Source of the DNA: Candidatus Parcubacteria bacterium
Lineage (GTDB): Bacteria > Patescibacteriota > Minisyncoccia > UBA6257 > 2-01-FULL-56-20
Reading direction: 5' to 3'
DNA: 64,000 nucleotides
Assembly: GCA_027450205.1 (NCBI GenBank)
Contig: DAIDJL010000004.1
Location: forward strand, 139,932-203,931
Below, piece after piece: positions 29,207 to 36,852 of this stretch (position 1 is its first letter; every line of letters begins with the position of its first letter). A model generated the notes under the pieces. It saw only the letters and a program-made list of their open reading frames with translations, made no database searches and was not told where the DNA came from. A program made the position numbers and the translations under genes.

Positions 29207-29932
29207 TTATATCTTCTTTAGAAGCGGGCATACAAAACCCATGGCTTCAAATGGGCAATGCTCCTCATTTGGACGCTTGGCGTTTGATGGTTTTGATCCT
29301 CGCCGTAAATTGAGAACGCTACGCGGAGATTGCGCTTTTAGAATTTCGTTCAAATTATAATTGGCTATTACCTTTAATTGCGGATGGAGCTGAAAAAGAA
29401 CGTAATCTTTGCGTTCAGGGTGGGTGCGTCCTAGTCCGACTACCGGACATACCGCCCCAGTATTCTGCAAAGCGCTCGCTATCTCTTCCCATGAATTGAT
29501 CTGAGTTCCTGTTTGAATATGAAGCAGTATGATCGTTTTTGCATCGTAAGATTTTGCTTTAGATAATTTCGTCCTACTTAAAAATTTTCCAATATCCTCA
29601 TTTGGTGCGGGAAGAAATGAAACCACTTCAACATCTTGATATTCCCAGTGAGGAGCGTGCTCTCCCTCGGGCGGTAGAAAATGCCCAGTCCTTACATCCG
29701 GGCTACCTTCCAAATCTGCTACGGGTTGCATCCAATGATCACCTTCTGCGATTTGAATGCCGAGCAAAGCATAAGCTGCTACTAGTAGCTCATCAGCTTT
29801 TTTGAACGCCTTGGTAGTTTTTTGATCCGCAGGCATCGAATCTAAATGCTGGGCGTAATGATAAATGACGCTATGCGGCGCATACCAAATCGGGTCTTTT
29901 AGCCAGTATGCTTTGTCTCTTTCATTATTCAT
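29207..29932 (-). CDS. Hypothetical protein, possible PD-(D/E)XK-type nuclease fold
   Basis: 241-aa ORF with SPDV...QDVEVV pattern; cassette cargo. Confidence 0.7.
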   Translation of the reverse strand: MNNERDKAYWLKDPIWYAPHSVIYHYAQHLDSMPADQKTTKAFKKADELLVAAYALLGIQIAEGDHWMQPVADLEGSPDVRTGHFLPPEGEHAPHWEYQDVEVVSFLPAPNEDIGKFLSRTKLSKAKSYDAKTIILLHIQTGTQINSWEEIASALQNTGAVCPVVGLGRTHPERKDYVLFQLHPQLKVIANYNLNEILKAQSPRSVLNLRRGSKPSNAKRPNEEHCPFEAMGFVCPLLKKI

Positions 29933-29933
29933 A

Positions 29934-29973
29934 AACTTTGTGCGGAGTATCGGACTATGTTCAAACCTATTTC
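29934..29973 (+). repeat. Arm repeat B3 (att-like)
   Basis: AACTTTGTGCGGAGTATCGGACTATGTTCAAACCTATTTC; 36/40 identical to B1. Confidence 0.85.
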
Positions 29974-29990
29974 CTTCAATTCTCTATTTC

Positions 29991-30416
29991 TTAATGATAC
30001 AAATCCAAGGCTTTCAGAAGCTTTACGGACGGAGGAACGAGGTCATATTGCGATAACATCGTCGTCGGTATCCAATCAACCCTTTCCGCACCCGTCGGCA
30101 CCCTTGGTTGGCCGCCGATATATTTACATATCAGATTCACATATGTGAACTCTTTTAAAATACCGTCATGATCGTTCTTTATTTCGGAATCCGAAGGTAT
30201 CGCACGATCATTCACTTCAACATCAATACCCAATCCTTCTTTTAGATAGTCTTTTAAGGTTGTTGAGTCTTCTTGTTTTGCCGTTGGCTCACATCCGAAA
30301 AGATACCACGTTTCTTTATACGGAGGAGATCCCGCAGGTTTTTTACGCATTAAAATCGAACCATCTTTTTCGATAACGGCGATCAGCAATTTCTTCTGAG
30401 GGAGATCGGATCTCAT
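29991..30416 (-). CDS. Nudix-fold protein with degenerate Nudix box
   Basis: AVIEKDGSILMRKK, WYLFG, LKEGLGIDV, W...L..YDLVPP. Confidence 0.8.
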   Translation of the reverse strand: MRSDLPQKKLLIAVIEKDGSILMRKKPAGSPPYKETWYLFGCEPTAKQEDSTTLKDYLKEGLGIDVEVNDRAIPSDSEIKNDHDGILKEFTYVNLICKYIGGQPRVPTGAERVDWIPTTMLSQYDLVPPSVKLLKALDLYH

Positions 30417-30438
30417 ACGATCATTCTACCACCTTTCT

Positions 30439-30613
30439 TTGTGCGCCGGGCAGGATGGCGCGTAAGAACGCGCGAAATTGGTTCGCTCGTCGAAAATGAA
30501 ATTCCCCTATTTCATTTTCTCCTCGCTGCCAATTCCCGAACCCTAAAGGGTTCTTATCCTGCCCACCATACGAGCAAACAAAAACGGTACTAATGGTACC
30601 GTTTTTGTTTGTA
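30439..30613. repeat. Structured element A2, directly downstream of tRNA-Tyr
   Basis: Copy of A1 with different hairpin sequences; 16-bp hairpin 30575-30611 could terminate the tRNA transcript. Confidence 0.9.
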
Positions 30614-30614
30614 G

Positions 30615-30698
30615 TGCGCCGGGCAGGATTCGAACCTGCGTAGCCCATAGGGCGACAGATTTACAGTCTGTTGCGATTGACCACTCCGCCACCGACGC
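30615..30698 (-). tRNA. tRNA-Tyr (GTA)
   Basis: Acceptor GCGTCGG/CCGGCGC, anticodon arm ACAGA-CTGTAAA-TCTGT, long variable arm, GCAGG-TTCGAAT-CCTGC; CCA not encoded. Confidence 0.97.
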
Positions 30699-30707
30699 AA
30701 TGTTAGG

Positions 30708-31037
30708 TTATTCAGGCCTTTCTCCTTCCTTATTCTGCCCGCTGATCTCCTTAAAATCAATGGTCGGGCGCTTATCTTCCTCCGGTTTGATCTTTTGCAG
30801 ATGCCGTGCGAGCATATTGTCCAGCTTGAGCACCAATACTTTTATCTTCCGCAGGAACTTGAGTAAAAAATTGTTGAATGCGGCATCGATCTTTTCCGGC
30901 ATCTCGGAGTGCGCCCAGCGCTCCAGAAATCCCCTCTCCTCTGCCGGCGTCTCTTCGATGCGCGGCAATGCCTGCACCGTCAGATAAAACACGATACCGA
31001 GACACACCATCAAGATCGTTGTAAAGATGAATTCCAT
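30708..31037 (-). CDS. Hypothetical membrane-anchored protein
   Basis: N-terminal TM, FLRKIKVLVLKLDN helix. Confidence 0.8.
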   Translation of the reverse strand: MEFIFTTILMVCLGIVFYLTVQALPRIEETPAEERGFLERWAHSEMPEKIDAAFNNFLLKFLRKIKVLVLKLDNMLARHLQKIKPEEDKRPTIDFKEISGQNKEGERPE

Positions 31038-31078
31038 GTAAGATGTGCGATCAAATGGGCATGCGGGATATACGTACG

Positions 31079-31540
31079 CTATGCTTCAACGCGATAAAAC
31101 TCGCCGACGGTGATGTTTTCCCCCACTTTTGCAATCACTTCGCCGATGATATCCTTTACCGTACGCGATTCGTCCTTTATATACGGCTGGGCCATCAGCT
31201 CTTCTGCATTTTTTGGCGCCGCCGCCGCAATGTGCATCGCAAGATCGTGTGCCAGCTCTTTGAACGGCTCAGAGCGGACGACAAAGTCCGTTTCGGCGCT
31301 CAAATGGAGCAAAACGCCGATCCGCTCGTTATGAACATATGATTGCACGAGTCCCGCGCCCGTCGCACGATCGGAACGCTTTTCTACTTTTACCAAGCCT
31401 TTTTCTCGGATGATCCTGACAGCGGCATCGATGTCGCCATTCGCTTCAATGAGCGCTTTGCGGCAATCCATTACTCCCGCACTTGTGATATCGCGTAATT
31501 TTTGAACCAGTTCCGCCGTGACCGTTGTTTTGGTTTCCAT
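31079..31540 (-). CDS. tsf: Elongation factor Ts (short form)
   Basis: VQKLRDITSAGVMDCRKAL, ETDFV, LAMHIAA, GENI; follows rpsB. Confidence 0.95.
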   Translation of the reverse strand: METKTTVTAELVQKLRDITSAGVMDCRKALIEANGDIDAAVRIIREKGLVKVEKRSDRATGAGLVQSYVHNERIGVLLHLSAETDFVVRSEPFKELAHDLAMHIAAAAPKNAEELMAQPYIKDESRTVKDIIGEVIAKVGENITVGEFYRVEA

Positions 31541-31580
31541 AGTTTTCAATTATACTACATTCTCCTTTCTTACAGACAAT

Positions 31581-32387
31581 TTATTTTTCGTTCGTAGAAG
31601 CGGTCTGGGTGGCGGGCGATTCTGGCGCCGGTGCTGCCACTGCTGCCGCCGCGCGCAACTTAACCCCTTCTTCGTACGCCTTCCCTATCCGCTCCAAAAA
31701 CCATTCAATGCTCTTCTTTGCCTTATCGTTTCCCGGAACGACATAACTGATCTTGTCCGGGTCTGCATCCACATTGGCGAGCGCGACAACCGGGATTTTT
31801 TTGGTATTTGCTTCGCTGACCGCCGTATGGTGCAGGATGGGGTCGATCACGATGACGACATCCGGTTCTTTGGTCATCGCCTCGAGGCCTCCCATCAGCT
31901 CCTCCAAGCGGCGCATCTCGCGCTCCATTTCCAGTCGTTCTTTCTTGGTGTATTTATTGACGAGCGCACCGGATGCGAGATCGGCGCGGAGCGTCTTCAT
32001 GTGTTCGATGCGCTTGACGATGATCTTGAAATTTGTGATCGCGCCGCCGACCCAGCGGGTCGTGACATATGGGATGCCGAGCTTCTTTGCGAGCGCAGTG
32101 ACGCTGGCTTCTGCCGCCGGGACGGTACCCACGAGAAGGATCAGGCCGTTGTTGCGTACACGTTCCTTAATGAACGCCGCCGCCGCATCCATCATTTCCT
32201 CGGTCTTTTGAAGATTGATGATCTCTATTCCCCCGCGGTTGGCCAACACGAACGGGCGCATCTTGGGGTTCGTTTTACTCTTTTTGCGCCCATAAAAAAC
32301 ACCCGCATCCATCATTTCGCGGGAACCTTCCGCCGGATATCCGGACGTCTGGTTGTTCTGCATCGCTATAACTGTGTCTTCTGGCAT
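31581..32387 (-). CDS. rpsB: 30S ribosomal protein S2
   Basis: AGVFYG, NPKMRPF, RWVGGAITN, PGND. Confidence 0.96.
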   Translation of the reverse strand: MPEDTVIAMQNNQTSGYPAEGSREMMDAGVFYGRKKSKTNPKMRPFVLANRGGIEIINLQKTEEMMDAAAAFIKERVRNNGLILLVGTVPAAEASVTALAKKLGIPYVTTRWVGGAITNFKIIVKRIEHMKTLRADLASGALVNKYTKKERLEMEREMRRLEELMGGLEAMTKEPDVVIVIDPILHHTAVSEANTKKIPVVALANVDADPDKISYVVPGNDKAKKSIEWFLERIGKAYEEGVKLRAAAAVAAPAPESPATQTASTNEK

Positions 32388-32507
32388 ACGAGAAAGTATA
32401 ACAAATGGTCGGAGATAGTCAAATAAGATAGGCGTCTTTTGTTATGTTATAAAAAAAGAGCCGCGGGCAAATGCCTTTGGCTCAAACCTTTTGGACGCAG
32501 GATCACT

Positions 32508-32660
32508 CTACGGTGAAGCCTTTTCTGCGCAATTCGGAGAGCATACCTCCCCGTAATAGCGGGTTTCTATTCCTTGTCCGTTTATTGCCTCATAACAGAC
32601 GCCGCACCTTCTTTCCGATAGCCACTTCCTTATGCGATCCTTCCAACGATCTTTCTTCAT
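32508..32660 (-). CDS. Orphan 50-aa Cys4 zinc-finger peptide (not in ORF track): MKKDRWKDRIRKWLSERRCGVCYEAINGQGIETRYYGEVCSPNCAEKASP
   Basis: GGGAGG SD, upstream TATAAT, CxxC-x17-CSxxC, downstream hairpin and T-tract. Confidence 0.7.
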   Translation of the reverse strand: MKKDRWKDRIRKWLSERRCGVCYEAINGQGIETRYYGEVCSPNCAEKASP

Positions 32661-32725
32661 AAAATCCTCCCATGAGAAAATCGCCGTATCTCAGGTCGTA
32701 TTATAGCATCACTACCCCGCCGGGG

Positions 32726-33784
32726 TTAATGCGAGAGGAAAAAGATCACGAGTCCGAGCGCGCAGAACACGGCGGAGATGATCCAGAAGCGCATGGTCAC
32801 CTGCGACTCCGGCCAGCCGAGCGCCTCAAAATGATGGTGGATCGGCGCGGAGCGAAACACTTTTTTGCCACGCCGCAATTTTTTTGAGGCAATTTGGATG
32901 ATCACGGAAAGCGACTCGATCACGAGGATGACGGTAAAAAAGGGCAGGATGAGCGTGGTGTTGGTAAGCATCGCAATGACGCCGATCGTGATACCGAGCG
33001 ACATCGAACCGGTGTCCCCCATGAAGAACTTGGCGGGGTAGATATTGAACCAGAGGAATGCAAGGAGCGCGCCGATGACGACGCCGCTGAATGCCGCGAG
33101 ATCGTAGCGGTGCAGGACGAACGCCACGGTAGCGAGCGAAACGAACGCAAAAAGCGATACGCCGCCAAGCAGGCCATCCAGGCCGTCGGTTTCGTTTGCG
33201 CTGAAAGCGGCAGCGAAGATGATGAATATGAAGATCGGGATGTACCACCAGCCGATCGTGACACTGCCGACGAACGGGATCTCAAGCACGTTCCATCCGA
33301 GGCGGAAATAGAACCACCACGCGCCAACGAGCGCGACGATCATATAAAAAACCGCTTTCTGTCGGATCTTCAATCCCCCGCCGGAGGCACCGCCGAGCTT
33401 GAGCACGCCAAGCCAGTCGTCGAGCAGGCCGAGAAGCGCGGCGATGAGAAATGCCGCGATCGGCAGATATGTCTCGGCGCGGTCGACGAAGTTAAAGTAA
33501 TGCCATACCCCATCAAACAAGTGGTTCATCACATCAAAGAAGATCGCCATACCGATCACGGTGGAAACAAAGATAAGCCCGCCGCTCGTCGGCGTGCCCA
33601 GCTTGTTCTTATGCAGCTCGCTGTAGACCGGCGCATCCGTATAATTACGCAGCTGCTTGCCGAAATATTTTTTTAAGAATTTGAACCAGAGCGGCGTGAC
33701 AAGAAGCGCGATCACGAATGACAGCGTCGTGAGAATGGTGACGCGTACAGCCTCACTGAGCAACATTGATTGCATAAGTAACAT
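32726..33784 (-). CDS. mraY: Phospho-N-acetylmuramoyl-pentapeptide transferase
   Basis: GTPTSGG, LLDD, NETDGLDGL, FMGDTGS, APIHHHFE. Confidence 0.96.
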   Translation of the reverse strand: MLLMQSMLLSEAVRVTILTTLSFVIALLVTPLWFKFLKKYFGKQLRNYTDAPVYSELHKNKLGTPTSGGLIFVSTVIGMAIFFDVMNHLFDGVWHYFNFVDRAETYLPIAAFLIAALLGLLDDWLGVLKLGGASGGGLKIRQKAVFYMIVALVGAWWFYFRLGWNVLEIPFVGSVTIGWWYIPIFIFIIFAAAFSANETDGLDGLLGGVSLFAFVSLATVAFVLHRYDLAAFSGVVIGALLAFLWFNIYPAKFFMGDTGSMSLGITIGVIAMLTNTTLILPFFTVILVIESLSVIIQIASKKLRRGKKVFRSAPIHHHFEALGWPESQVTMRFWIISAVFCALGLVIFFLSH

Positions 33785-33800
33785 ATATTTGTTCGTACGG

Positions 33801-34790
33801 TTATTTATAATTGGCCCGGTACCAGGAGTATAGCATTGAGGTGTCAATGAACGGGAGCGCGGGAGCGCCGAGCACGGTGACCAACACCGGGGTCCCGTTG
33901 TCGTTGAACAGCGAAAGGAGATTTGCGTCCGCCTGCGGCGTGTTCCCGGTCTTGCCGCCGATGAAGTCCGGCGTACCCGCGAAATTATTGATGCTTCGCA
34001 CAGTGATCGTTCTTCCGGAGTTCAGTTCGGTGATCGTCGTCACCGGCGTGTCGGTGATGGCGAGGATGCCCGGATAGTTTTCGTACACATGTTGCGCGAG
34101 GATCATGAGGTCCTTCGCAGTGGATTGGTTTGCGGCAGAAATGCCGGATGGGTCGTCAAAATAAGTGTCGGTCATCCCCCATGCCGTTGCGCGAGCATTC
34201 ATCTCGTTCATGAATTGTGCGCGTCCGATGTAATCGGCCATCGCCTGCGCGGCCACATTGCTTGACGGCATGAGCATCAGATGCAAAAGATCCTCAACGG
34301 TATAGGTGCCTCCGATCACGAGCGTGCGTTCGTCCGGATCCGCCGCGAACATTTGCGGCGTAATGGTGATCCGGGTGCTTGTCGTGAGTTGATCAAAGAC
34401 AAGCGTAGCGGTCATTAGTTTGGTGAGTGACGCCGTTGGCCAGCGCTTTGACACATTCGCACCGGCAATGATACTGCCGGTGGAAAGGTCGGCCACCATA
34501 TATGCCTCACTGCTGAAATTTGGCAGTGGCGTGAGGTTTGTTGTCGTATTGTTTTCGGTAACAGTGTTTGCGTTGGCACTGGCGTTGACAGTGTTGTTCG
34601 CGCTGTTCACGGAAGTTTGCGGCAACACGAGCGTCGGAGGCGCGGTTGCGGTCTCGGCGTCCGCGGTCTGCGGCCGATCATTGCCAGCAGATACCGGTAC
34701 GCCGGAAATGTTGGGGTATGCGAAACGCGCAAAAAAAACGGCGGCTATGATAACGAACAAAAAAAATAATTGTTCCGTTTTTTTTATCAT
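33801..34790 (-). CDS. D-alanyl-D-alanine carboxypeptidase (peptidase S11)
   Basis: ASLTK (SxxK), SSN (SxN), GKTG; N-terminal TM. Confidence 0.92.
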   Translation of the reverse strand: MIKKTEQLFFLFVIIAAVFFARFAYPNISGVPVSAGNDRPQTADAETATAPPTLVLPQTSVNSANNTVNASANANTVTENNTTTNLTPLPNFSSEAYMVADLSTGSIIAGANVSKRWPTASLTKLMTATLVFDQLTTSTRITITPQMFAADPDERTLVIGGTYTVEDLLHLMLMPSSNVAAQAMADYIGRAQFMNEMNARATAWGMTDTYFDDPSGISAANQSTAKDLMILAQHVYENYPGILAITDTPVTTITELNSGRTITVRSINNFAGTPDFIGGKTGNTPQADANLLSLFNDNGTPVLVTVLGAPALPFIDTSMLYSWYRANYK

Positions 34791-35410
34791 GCCTGTTCCT
34801 GGGCGGATGCGCTTTCGGCATCCGACATATTCTTTATTTCTGCGCCCGGGATATCTTCCGGCTTGGCGCTGCTCGGCTGTTGCGGGTCGAATACCTTCAA
34901 TAATTCCTGGAATTTTTCGTAATCCGGGAGGCCTTCTTTTTCTTTTATTCCAAGATGCTTCATGAGGTCGAATGTTCCGCGATAAAGAAAGCTTGCAGGA
35001 TGTTCCGGATCGGGAAAACGTTCCACGAGACCCCGGATCATGAGGCTGCGCAAAATGACGATAGAATTCACGCCGCGCAAATATTCCAGCCGCGCGCGCG
35101 AGATCGGCCCGAGGTACGCAACAATAGAGAGCGCTTCGAGCGATGCCGGTGAAAGGTCCTCGGAGATCTCCTCCTTCATAAAGCTCTCCAAGATCGGGTT
35201 GAACTCCGGCTTGGTGGCGAGCTGCACTTTTTCGCGATCGGAAATCAACTGCAGGCCGCGCGTGTCATTTTCCAAGTCGGCCTTCAGTTCAGCGATAAGC
35301 GCTTCCAGTTCTTCTTTTTCTATTCCCAAAACGGATTGTATTTTTTTATACGAGAGTGGTTCTCCGTGGATGAATAGTAATGCTTCGAGCGATGCGCGGG
35401 ACGGTTTCAT
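34787..35410 (-). CDS. scpB: Segregation and condensation protein B
   Basis: LEALLF, QLATKPE, LEALSIVAYLGPISRA..EYLRGVNS. Confidence 0.95.
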   Translation of the reverse strand: MKPSRASLEALLFIHGEPLSYKKIQSVLGIEKEELEALIAELKADLENDTRGLQLISDREKVQLATKPEFNPILESFMKEEISEDLSPASLEALSIVAYLGPISRARLEYLRGVNSIVILRSLMIRGLVERFPDPEHPASFLYRGTFDLMKHLGIKEKEGLPDYEKFQELLKVFDPQQPSSAKPEDIPGAEIKNMSDAESASAQEQA

Positions 35411-35428
35411 AGGCTTTTAATCTTTTTT

Positions 35429-36220
35429 TCACGATTTTTTCTTCACCATTATATCAGAAAAATTGTCCATTTGCTCCAGGAGCACAAGTTGTTCGCGCGC
35501 CAGATGAAGGATGGCAAGGAAGACCACGATCATCTCGCCGCGCGACTTCTCGCCGGACAAGTTGTTAAAATGCATGTCCCCTTCCTTTTGAATGCGGCCG
35601 AGCACCTCCGAGATCTTTTCTTCCAACGTGACGATCTTCTCACGGATCGTCTCCGTCTCGATATCGTATGTTTTTATTGAATCGAAGATATTCCCGAGCG
35701 CCTCGGTCAGCGCCGATGCATGCAGGTTGTTGCCCGGGTAGAACATTTGCCGCCCCGGAACATTGCCCGCGCCGCGGCCAAGAAAATAGGGGCGGCTGAA
35801 CGATTTGTGGCTGGTGAGCCAGAGTTGATGGATCAACCGGATCGCCGGCTTGAGCTGTTGGTAGATATGCAGACGCGATTCCAAATCTTTGATATCCGCC
35901 TCTTCTTCGTCCGTAAGCGTGAGTCCCGGCAATAAATATTTTGATTTGAGGAAAATGAGCTTGCTCGCGACGGAAACAAAGTCGGCGAGTACGCGCAGAT
36001 CCACGCGGAATTTATTTTCCGCGTCTGTGGCGGTTGTTTTGACATTCGCGCCCGCGACATCCTCCGCCATCCCTTGCTTAAACCTGTCCAAATACCGCAA
36101 AAAATCATCCGTGACCTTGGCCAGGCTGACCTCGTTGATGTCCATCTTTTCCGCCTCTATGAGCTCGAGCAGCTTCTCGAGCGGGCCGCTGAACTCCCCT
36201 ACGCGCGTTTCATATTCCAT
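35429..36220 (-). CDS. scpA: Segregation and condensation protein A
   Basis: FSGPLEKLLELI, LKSKYLLP, VFLAILHL. Confidence 0.94.
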   Translation of the reverse strand: MEYETRVGEFSGPLEKLLELIEAEKMDINEVSLAKVTDDFLRYLDRFKQGMAEDVAGANVKTTATDAENKFRVDLRVLADFVSVASKLIFLKSKYLLPGLTLTDEEEADIKDLESRLHIYQQLKPAIRLIHQLWLTSHKSFSRPYFLGRGAGNVPGRQMFYPGNNLHASALTEALGNIFDSIKTYDIETETIREKIVTLEEKISEVLGRIQKEGDMHFNNLSGEKSRGEMIVVFLAILHLAREQLVLLEQMDNFSDIMVKKKS

Positions 36221-36270
36221 GGGTGGAAGGCTATGTGTTTATGATAGAAGAAATATGAATGGGAATCAAT

Positions 36271-36315
36271 AAAAAAAAATAGCGGCTGATCATCTAGAAA
36301 TTCGATGATCAGCCG
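36271..36315 (-). terminator. Rho-independent terminator of the orphan gene
   Basis: CGGCTGATCATC/GATGATCAGCCG stem plus T9 tract on the minus strand. Confidence 0.75.
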
Positions 36316-36321
36316 GTGGGT

Positions 36322-36720
36322 TTAGCGCCGTCTAAGTTGCAAGACGCCGACGGTCGAAGTTATCTTCGAGTCATCATTTTCAAAGCTCAATTCGTCCGTC
36401 GCCGCCCAACCATGGGGAGACATGTTTTGGCTAATTCTTGCAGCGATAAAGCTGGCTGCATCGGCTTTTGACATCCCTTCAGGGAGTTCGAACTTTGTTA
36501 ATTCGGTGTTGAATGTTACGTCCCCCGATTCCGATTTTCCTACGCCGACGACCTTAAACTCATGCGGCAATAGATCTGGACAAACGTGAAAACTCAATTG
36601 CTGAATTTTTTCAGAATTCTGTCGAGCGTGGTCAAAATTCCAGAAGAGTGTGTCGAGGGTTCGTGCGATACATTGTTCAAGTTTAATGAGATCCACAAAC
36701 CCAAGCGCTAAAATTCTCAT
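36322..36720 (-). CDS. Orphan hypothetical protein (132 aa, MRILALG...)
   Basis: GGAGG SD, TTGCAA-17-TATATT promoter, own terminator. Confidence 0.7.
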   Translation of the reverse strand: MRILALGFVDLIKLEQCIARTLDTLFWNFDHARQNSEKIQQLSFHVCPDLLPHEFKVVGVGKSESGDVTFNTELTKFELPEGMSKADAASFIAARISQNMSPHGWAATDELSFENDDSKITSTVGVLQLRRR

Positions 36721-36852
36721 ATTTCCTCCATGCGTCCCATGATGGGAAACGTCTCCTTGTGGAGAAACGTGGATTGAACTGGACGAATCCAGAACTGGTA
36801 ACAATATATCATAAATTTGAGAATTTTGCAACTAACGCTATAATAATCTCAC

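Larger units (their letters stand above)
28087..30613 (-). mobile_element. tRNA-Tyr-anchored array of small gene cassettes (integron-like; no integrase in window)
   Basis: GTGCG cores at 28093, 28579, 28772, 29940, 30441 and 30614 (tRNA end), with two repeat types bounding four AT-richer cargo genes. Confidence 0.75.

Noticed and set aside
29601-29640. TTGGTGCGGGAAG...TTCAAC as a fourth arm B
   Set aside because: Lies inside an intact 241-aa CDS, spacing and the CCTATTT tail do not match; probably chance.
28087-30640. CRISPR array or classical integron reading of the repeats
   Set aside because: The intervals hold whole genes of 0.4-1.1 kb, there are no cas or intI genes in the window, and I found no RYYYAAC...GTTRRRY attC structure.
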